From contig CAZEMR010000005.1 in NCBI GenBank assembly GCA_964513465.1, positions 14,948-78,947 on the forward strand: a DNA stretch of 64,000 nucleotides. The letters are read 5' to 3'. The first letter of the stretch is position 1. The number at the start of each line of letters is the position of its first letter. Source of the DNA: an uncultured Hyphomicrobiales bacterium (GTDB lineage Bacteria > Bacteroidota > Ignavibacteria > Kapaibacteriales > UBA2268). Shown piece after piece: positions 57,829 through 64,000 of this stretch. The position numbers were made by a program, and so were the translations under genes. The notes beneath the pieces are model-generated. The model was not told the DNA's origin. It saw only the letters and a program-made list of their open reading frames with translations, and did no database searches.

Positions 57829-58734
57829 ATGAAAGTATTAGTAGCAGACGGAATCCACCCAAAAGGCGCGCAGATGCTGAAAGACGCCGGACTAGAAGTA
57901 GTCGAACAGAAGCTCAGCCCCGAAGAACTCATGGAGCAGATTAAGAATTACGACGCTATCATCGTTCGCTCGGCAACCAAAGTGCCCAAGGAAGTGATCG
58001 ATGCCGGCAATCTGAAATGCATCGCACGCGGCGGTGTTGGCCTCGACAATATCGATACGAAATATGCTGCCGAAAAGAATATCCCCGTGCTGAATACGCC
58101 CGGCGCATCCTCGATCTCGGTCGCAGAGCTGGCGATTGCGCATATGCTCGCATCGTGCCGCTTCCTGAACCGCAGCAACGTGGAAATGCTCGAGGGCAAA
58201 TGGCCCAAGAAAGATTACAAAAAAGGTATTGAGCTGACCGGCAAAACTCTCGGTCTGCTGGGTATTGGCAATATTGGCAAAGAAACCGCCAAGCGCGCCA
58301 TCGGCATGGGTATGAAAGCAATCGCATTCGATCCTTTCGTCAAGGAAGTCGATATCGACGTCGAAATGGTCGATAAGGACGAACTGCTTTCGCGCGCAGA
58401 CTTTATCTCGCTGCACATGCCCTTTATCAAAGAGCAGGGCCCGACGCTCGGTCAGGCCGAATTTGCCAAAATGAAGGACGGCGTTGTGCTCGTTAATTGC
58501 GCCCGCGGCGGTGTGGTTGACGAAAAAGCATTGCTCGAAGCCCTCAACAGCGGCAAGGTCGCCCGCGCAGGCGTGGACGTCTGGGAAAACGAACCGATCA
58601 CCGATGCGCAGATGGAACTCGTCCGCCACGATAACGTTAGCGTTACTCCGCACATCGGCGCCTCGACGCAGGAAGCCCAGGAACGCGTCGGCACCGAGAT
58701 TGCTCAGAAAGTAATTGATTGCTTGAAAAAGTAA
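57829..58734 (+). CDS. D-3-phosphoglycerate dehydrogenase-like 2-hydroxyacid dehydrogenase (short form, no ACT domain)
   Basis: NAD-binding GLLGIGNIGKETA. Catalytic RGG…H motif region. About 300 aa. Confidence 0.8.
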   Translation: MKVLVADGIHPKGAQMLKDAGLEVVEQKLSPEELMEQIKNYDAIIVRSATKVPKEVIDAGNLKCIARGGVGLDNIDTKYAAEKNIPVLNTPGASSISVAELAIAHMLASCRFLNRSNVEMLEGKWPKKDYKKGIELTGKTLGLLGIGNIGKETAKRAIGMGMKAIAFDPFVKEVDIDVEMVDKDELLSRADFISLHMPFIKEQGPTLGQAEFAKMKDGVVLVNCARGGVVDEKALLEALNSGKVARAGVDVWENEPITDAQMELVRHDNVSVTPHIGASTQEAQERVGTEIAQKVIDCLKK

Positions 58735-58835
58735 ATTCTTTATTTTAAAATAGTTATGTCATTCCTGCCAAACGGCGGGGATGACATACTTTGTGTTTAT
58801 TGTTTAAAATATATATATAATATTGAGGTAGTAAT

Positions 58836-60077
58836 ATGGCAACTTTCAAACCGTTCAAGGCATACAGACCGCAACCGGACGAAGCCAAAGATGTGGCAGC
58901 GCCGCCCTATGACGTAATCAATTCCGAAGAAGCCCGCGAATACGTAGAGGGCAAGCCGCTCTCTTTCCTGCATGTGGGCAAACCCGAAGTCGATCTTCCC
59001 GAAGATATAGATCATTACGACAAAGCAGTTTATCTGAAGGGCAAGGAAAACCTGCAGAAACTCATCGACGACGGCCACCTGGTCGAAGATCAGAAGCCCT
59101 GCTTCTATCTTTATGCACAGACGATGAATCACCGCACCCAGTACGGCCTGGTGGGCTGCGCTTCGGTCGATGATTACTGGGATGACACAATCAAAAAGCA
59201 CGAAAAAACCCGCAAAGTCAAGGAAGAAGACCGCGCCAACCATGTGCGCTTTACCAATGCCCACAGCGGCCCCATCTTCCTGACATATCGCGATGTGGAC
59301 GAAGTTAATCAGATCGTCGATAAAGTAAAAGCATCGACTCCGGCAAACGACCACATCGCCGAGGACGGCATTCGCCACACCTCCTGGGTGATCGACGATC
59401 CGGCGGTTATGCAGAAAATCGAAAAAGTGCTCGAAGGAGTGGATTATTTCTATGTGGCCGATGGCCATCATCGCTCGGCAGCCGCAGCAATCGTAGGCCG
59501 CGAGCGCCAGGAAGCCAATTCCGATCATAAGGGCGACGAGGAATATAATTACTTCCTTGCGGTGCTGTTTCCGGCCAGCCAACTGCAGATATTCGACTAC
59601 AACCGCGTTGTCAAAGACCTGCACGGTATGGACAAAGACCAGTTTATTGAAAAGCTGAAGAAGCATTTCTCGGTCGAGAAAGTCGATACGATATATAAAC
59701 CCGACAAAAAAGGCCGCATTGGTATGTATATCGGTGGTGAGTGGTATAAGCTCCAGGCGGAATCTGTACTCAGCAACAACCCCGATCCGGTCGAGTCCCT
59801 CGACGTAGCAATTCTGCAGAAATACGTGCTCGACGAAATTCTCGGCATCCAAGATCCCCGCACCGACGAGCGCATCGACTTCGTTGGCGGCATCCGCGGC
59901 CTGGGCGAACTCGAGCGCCGCGTTAACTCCGGCGAGATGAAGCTGGCGTTCTCGATGTATCCCACATCCGTCGGCGAGCTGATGGCAATTGCCGATGCCG
60001 GCGAAATCATGCCGCCCAAATCGACATGGTTCGAGCCTAAGCTCCGCGACGGCCTGTTCGTGCATTTCCTTGACTGA
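58836..60077 (+). CDS. DUF1015 family protein
   Basis: N-terminal FKPFKAYRPQPD…APPYDVI pattern typical of DUF1015. Gene neighbourhood with serA-like. Confidence 0.7.
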   Translation: MATFKPFKAYRPQPDEAKDVAAPPYDVINSEEAREYVEGKPLSFLHVGKPEVDLPEDIDHYDKAVYLKGKENLQKLIDDGHLVEDQKPCFYLYAQTMNHRTQYGLVGCASVDDYWDDTIKKHEKTRKVKEEDRANHVRFTNAHSGPIFLTYRDVDEVNQIVDKVKASTPANDHIAEDGIRHTSWVIDDPAVMQKIEKVLEGVDYFYVADGHHRSAAAAIVGRERQEANSDHKGDEEYNYFLAVLFPASQLQIFDYNRVVKDLHGMDKDQFIEKLKKHFSVEKVDTIYKPDKKGRIGMYIGGEWYKLQAESVLSNNPDPVESLDVAILQKYVLDEILGIQDPRTDERIDFVGGIRGLGELERRVNSGEMKLAFSMYPTSVGELMAIADAGEIMPPKSTWFEPKLRDGLFVHFLD

Positions 60078-60228
60078 TATATATTTATATAAAATCACAA
60101 TAGCCGCGGCGCCTGACTGGGTCGCGGCTTTTTTATTTTTTTCTCACAAATGATTGGCTGAAAACTGAAACTTTCGCTATTTTGTGTGCGTATTATTAAT
60201 AAAAAAGTTAATTAATAAATCCCGGCAT

Positions 60229-61860
60229 ATGAAAAAATTACTCTGGCTTATGCTTTTCCCCTCGATGCTTTTGCTCTGCGGCTGTCCGGGTATATTGGTC
60301 GATCAGCTCGAAAAAGCCGATAAGGAAATGACAAAGCAGCGCGAAAAAATGCCGGTCTATCTCAATCCATCCTCAACATATACCGATGTTTCGCATTTCG
60401 AACAATTAATGAATTCATACAAAGCGGACACCACGCGATTTGCGATGGATACCATGAGCCGTGATAGCCTTCCCGTCCGCAAAGTAGAGCGGAAGGGCGA
60501 TACTGTGTCGATTTCGATTTCGCTTCCATTTGGCGGCAAAGCCGATGTACCTGTTGTCGACACCTCCGCTAAAGCCGGTCGCAAACCTGCCAAGGCAAAG
60601 CAGCATGAGGATTATCCCGTCAATTTCGAGATTGCAAATATCGATGATTCTGATTATCCCGAAGAGATTCGCGTGCGTGCATTGGTTTACGACCGCGAAG
60701 GCCGATATATATATGGTCTGGCGCCGCCCTACTACAAAGGCGACGACTGGCATAAATACTGGCCGAAAGTCGAAGATTCATGCCTCGGTGAAAAAGCAGT
60801 TATCCGCGGCTTTTCGGTCGAGGAAATCCGAGAGGGCAGGGGGGCGCCTTATGCGCTGTCGTTCGTGCTCGATCATTCGCCGTCGATGGGCCAATCCCGG
60901 ACGCTACAGCTCCAGAAGGCCGTCAAGGTGATTCTTTATGCAATCAAAGAGGGCGATTATGTCTCTGCGATTAAATTCACCTCGGATATGTTCATCGAGG
61001 TGCCGCTGACCGACGACCGCCAGACATATCGCACAGGTTTTACAGTAGACGGCTTAAGCAAAAAATACGGTGGAGGAACGGCATTTTATGACGGAGCGAT
61101 TGCGGGTATAAATGAAGTTGCCAAAGCTCCCGCCAGTCACCGCCGTGTAGTCATTCTATTCAGCGATGGGATGGATAACACATCAAAAAATAATATCGAT
61201 TCTTTAAAAATTGCCGCCCAGCGAGAAGATGTATCTATATATACAATAGCTTACGGCCACGCTGCCGAAAAGCCCCTGCGCGAGCTTGCCGAATTCTCCG
61301 GCGGTCGGTTTTATCAGATATTTTCCAGCAATGAATTTCCTTATGTTTTCCGCGATATATATTTCTCTCTGAATAATTATTATTTAATCAAATATGCGCC
61401 GCCGCGCTGCGAGGATCTGCACACGGTGACCGCTTATCTCGCAACGCCGAATGCGGGTATCACTCCGATTGCGGCAAGCGGGGAGTACGACAAATCTCTA
61501 TTCACGCGCTACGATCCGGTGGGCACCACGGCATTTGTCAATATCGAATTCGAGACCGGAAGCGCCGAAATCCGCGACACCTCGATATATCTCGTCGAAA
61601 AAGTAGCGCGCTCGATGAAGAACAATCCCGAATTGAAGCTTCGAATCGCCGGCCATACGGACGATGTCGGCACCGATGAATTTAATCAGGAGCTAAGCGA
61701 ACAACGCGCAAAGGCGGTATTCGATGCGCTGGTCGGAATGGGCATAGACCCCGCGCGCTTGGAGACCGTCGGCTACGGCGAATCCCGGCCTCTGGCGCCG
61801 AATACGAGCGAAGCCAACAGACGAAAAAATCGCAGAACAGAATTAATTATCATAAGATGA
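60229..61860 (+). CDS. Lipoprotein with von Willebrand factor A domain and C-terminal OmpA peptidoglycan-binding domain
   Basis: Lipobox LLLCGC. vWA MIDAS motifs (VLDHSPSMG…GGGTAFYDG…ILFSDGMDN). C-terminal OmpA_C (LRIAGHTDDVGTDEFNQELSEQRAKAV…RRKNRRTELII). Confidence 0.8.
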   Translation: MKKLLWLMLFPSMLLLCGCPGILVDQLEKADKEMTKQREKMPVYLNPSSTYTDVSHFEQLMNSYKADTTRFAMDTMSRDSLPVRKVERKGDTVSISISLPFGGKADVPVVDTSAKAGRKPAKAKQHEDYPVNFEIANIDDSDYPEEIRVRALVYDREGRYIYGLAPPYYKGDDWHKYWPKVEDSCLGEKAVIRGFSVEEIREGRGAPYALSFVLDHSPSMGQSRTLQLQKAVKVILYAIKEGDYVSAIKFTSDMFIEVPLTDDRQTYRTGFTVDGLSKKYGGGTAFYDGAIAGINEVAKAPASHRRVVILFSDGMDNTSKNNIDSLKIAAQREDVSIYTIAYGHAAEKPLRELAEFSGGRFYQIFSSNEFPYVFRDIYFSLNNYYLIKYAPPRCEDLHTVTAYLATPNAGITPIAASGEYDKSLFTRYDPVGTTAFVNIEFETGSAEIRDTSIYLVEKVARSMKNNPELKLRIAGHTDDVGTDEFNQELSEQRAKAVFDALVGMGIDPARLETVGYGESRPLAPNTSEANRRKNRRTELIIIR

Positions 61861-62561
61861 AAATTTTAATTTTAAATATAATCCTCATGATATTAGTGGC
61901 GAATCCCGCTGCGGCATGGGATATTGCGGCTGGCGAGGCAAGCGGTAAGCCGGGCGATACACTCGGCATCAGGCTCACAGTTGACGGACTCGGGCCGGAC
62001 GCGGAATATGAAATTTCCGGGCGCATTAAGCTTGGCGGTCCCTCGATTTTTATTCCACTCTATGCAATGCCCGAGGGCTTAGCGCTCGATCAGCATTCGG
62101 ATTCGTTATATACATTCTCCGGGATGATCTCTTCGAATAATAATGAAATTGATATATATGGACTTGCGCTCGCAGGGGCTGATACGGTCTGCGAGATGAT
62201 TTTCCATAATATTTATATTGATTCAATTGTGGCGGGGGAGGCGACCGGCCGGATATTGGTCGATCGGCAGTATCACCAGCGCCCATATATCCGATTTTTA
62301 GATGTTGGTAACAATTATCCAAATCCTGTCTGGCCGGGGCAATCGACGCGCTGGTCATTCCGGCTCGATCAGGCATCGGATATTGATGTGAAGATTTATG
62401 ATAATGCGGGGAGAGCAATCCATAGCGAGAAATTCCGCCACGAATCCGGCGCCGCCGAATACATATATACTCCGCCGATCGGGATTTCCGCAGGAGTATA
62501 CTGGATTCGTTTCAAAACGGATGTGGGCAATAATGTCCGGAGGTTTATTATCCTGAAATGA
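61857..62561 (+). CDS. Secreted protein with T9SS C-terminal sorting domain
   Basis: ATGA start/stop overlap with the upstream gene. C-terminal NYPNPVWPGQSTRWSFRLDQASDIDVKIYDNAGRAIHSE…AGVYWIRFKTDVGNNVRRFIILK. Confidence 0.7.
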   Translation: MKILILNIILMILVANPAAAWDIAAGEASGKPGDTLGIRLTVDGLGPDAEYEISGRIKLGGPSIFIPLYAMPEGLALDQHSDSLYTFSGMISSNNNEIDIYGLALAGADTVCEMIFHNIYIDSIVAGEATGRILVDRQYHQRPYIRFLDVGNNYPNPVWPGQSTRWSFRLDQASDIDVKIYDNAGRAIHSEKFRHESGAAEYIYTPPIGISAGVYWIRFKTDVGNNVRRFIILK

Positions 62562-63559
62562 AAAAATTAATAATCATATTGATAATGATTGTTTGCGGCC
62601 AGCAGGTTTACGCGCAAAAACAGCAGTCGCGGCTTGATTCGCTGCTTTCGACCATTCCGGCGGATTCTACGCTCGATCTGAATACGATTATCCGCGATAG
62701 CGTGGTCGATCTGGGAACTGACTACGAAATGCGATATTCATACGGCTGGTTTCCGATGCCGTTCCCTGGGGATTTCAATCTTGAAATTTTGTTCGGGGAT
62801 GGTGATATATTCGATTCGGCCTTCGACATCCGACCGAAGGATTTCGCACCCGGAGGTCATTTTTATGGCGGCAATGACCCTACGCACGACGACGAGCGCG
62901 AAATTAAATATGCATATACTAAAGAGGGATGCGAGGACGAATATCCCGAGACCGATTACGAATCATATTTGCTTGAATTCCGGTTCTCGACCTATTTCCC
63001 GGCTCTGATTAATCTGAAAGCAGGCATTTCATTGCGCGAGGGGATATTGTTCGCAAAGCATCCCAAAAAGCCCTTCGTTAAGCCGGATGGCTCGGTCGAA
63101 TTATTCCGCGAGTACGGTATTGCCCACCTCGATGAAGTGATGTTCGACTATGGCGCTGGGTTTATCATCCCATTCTATGGTGCATTTATCGACGAATTCG
63201 TCCCGGTAAGCTCCTTTTATTATATATATTTAGGCTATCAGGGCAGCTACCCTCTGCAAAGCCGCCTGACCGAATTCGTGCAGATTGGAAATCACAAGGA
63301 ATATCTCCGGTTCGACAATGGCCGCGACACCGTTCGCCTGAGGAACAAAATCACGATGAGCCAGCTCGAATACAATCGGCATTTTATCGACATCGGGTTG
63401 GGGATGGAGGCGTCGGCGTCGAATATCGGGACGCGCTGGGAATTATTCATGAAGGTACCTGTCAATTCCGTAATCCGCGACGAGGAGTGGAAGCAATATG
63501 TTGTGGGGTTCAAATTCACCCTCGGAATTTATGGCATATTACGCGAGATTTTCGAATAA
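62558..63559 (+). CDS. Hypothetical secreted (probable outer-membrane) protein
   Basis: Signal peptide MKKLIIILIMIVCGQQVYAQ. ATGA overlap with the upstream gene. No domain recognised. Confidence 0.5.
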   Translation: MKKLIIILIMIVCGQQVYAQKQQSRLDSLLSTIPADSTLDLNTIIRDSVVDLGTDYEMRYSYGWFPMPFPGDFNLEILFGDGDIFDSAFDIRPKDFAPGGHFYGGNDPTHDDEREIKYAYTKEGCEDEYPETDYESYLLEFRFSTYFPALINLKAGISLREGILFAKHPKKPFVKPDGSVELFREYGIAHLDEVMFDYGAGFIIPFYGAFIDEFVPVSSFYYIYLGYQGSYPLQSRLTEFVQIGNHKEYLRFDNGRDTVRLRNKITMSQLEYNRHFIDIGLGMEASASNIGTRWELFMKVPVNSVIRDEEWKQYVVGFKFTLGIYGILREIFE

Positions 63560-63584
63560 ATTTATTTTGAATATTTTCCATAAA

Positions 63585-63617
63585 AAAAGCCCGGACCGCT
63601 ATCGGCCCGGGCATTTT
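63585..63617. terminator. Probable bidirectional rho-independent terminator
   Basis: aaaaaAGCCCGGaccgctatcggCCCGGGCatttt. Confidence 0.6.
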
Positions 63618-63636
63618 AATTGTCGGCTTCGGAGAA

Positions 63637-64000
63637 TTATTTATAATCATCCGAAAGCAGGGTATAAACCAGGTTGTCGTTATCTGCCGGAACATACGGA
63701 TTTGCATTGAGTTCGCTTTCCGGATAAATGAACCGGAAATTCGTTTCCGGAACGGGATCCGGCATCGTACCAGTGCGGCGCATATCATGATATGACTGCG
63801 CTTCCAGATAAAGCTCCATATGCTTCTGGTCGAGAATCTCCTGAATGACTGCTGCCTGGTCGTTGACGTCGATACCGAGGGTGGATTCTGCCAACTCGGG
63901 CAGTCCGTTCATCGTACGGACAATATCGACATCGGAGACTGCGCCGGGAAGATCGCCCGTGCGGGCTTTGCACTCGGCGCGAATAAGCAAATTCTCGGCA
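63637..64000 (-). CDS. RagB/SusD-family nutrient-binding outer-membrane lipoprotein, C-terminal part (gene continues beyond window)
   Basis: C-terminal SusD-like pattern …LIRAECKARTGDL…ELYLEAQSYHDMRRTG… The reading frame runs to the window edge. Confidence 0.55.
   Translation of the reverse strand, partial: AENLLIRAECKARTGDLPGAVSDVDIVRTMNGLPELAESTLGIDVNDQAAVIQEILDQKHMELYLEAQSYHDMRRTGTMPDPVPETNFRFIYPESELNANPYVPADNDNLVYTLLSDDYK

Noticed and set aside
58797-60098. 433-aa minus-strand ORF, and the 253-aa ORF at 57892-58653
   Set aside because: Shadows of the DUF1015 and serA-like genes respectively. The plus-strand products have clear family signatures.
1-64000. Search for tRNA, rRNA, CRISPR arrays, transposases or integrases
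   Set aside because: All intergenic regions over 100 bp were read on both strands. None shows a cloverleaf with T-loop GTTCRANYC, rRNA-like conserved stretches, or regularly spaced short repeats. No ORF shows DDE, tyrosine-recombinase or serine-recombinase motifs. The only long exact repeat is the 113-bp pair around the nuclease cassette.

Overview
This 64-kb window comes from a roughly 50-55% GC bacterial chromosome that codes for both type IX secretion (T9SS) and flagella. T9SS evidence is four T9SS C-terminal sorting domains, a PorV/PorQ-like barrel, a PorE-like lipoprotein, a SusD-like gene and a TonB-dependent receptor. Flagellar evidence is an flhF-flhG-fliA block. That combination points to the Fibrobacteres-Chlorobi-Bacteroidetes (FCB) group, for example an Ignavibacteria- or Calditrichaeota-like lineage. 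Coding density is high and most genes are housekeeping. These include an NSS transporter with a MetS-like small subunit, RluB-like pseudouridine synthase, Tat-exported Fe/Mn SOD, split transketolase, CCA-adding enzyme, AddB-like nuclease, polyprenyl synthase, DprA, TrmH methyltransferase, P5C dehydrogenase, alanine racemase, ScpA/ScpB, thioredoxin, class I FBA, a UbiA prenyltransferase, a short serA-like dehydrogenase with DUF1015, and a TetR regulator. Several envelope proteins are also present. The strongest candidate system is a 1.4-kb AT-rich single-gene cassette at 3425-4847. It encodes a membrane-anchored DUF4041 coiled-coil protein with a T5orf172 (GIY-YIG-like) nuclease domain, matching a proposed single-gene anti-phage nuclease class (SNIPE-like). 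It sits between two perfect 113-bp direct repeats that duplicate the 3' end and terminator of the sod gene. A second AT-rich orphan gene at 23704-24429, encoding a tail-anchored protein, looks horizontally acquired. Other points worth a second look: an exported Memo-AMMECR1 fusion with no adjacent radical SAM partner; a radical SAM protein with Cx4Cx2C spacing; an flhF-flhG-X-fliA-HDOD-GAF kinase operon with an extra charge-dipolar membrane protein; an AMIN-TPR-TM-acidic-tail protein; an ECF sigma / anti-sigma / DUF4252 module next to a PorV-like gene; and a Tat-exported degenerate Rieske-like protein. No rRNA, tRNA, CRISPR array or transposase was found.
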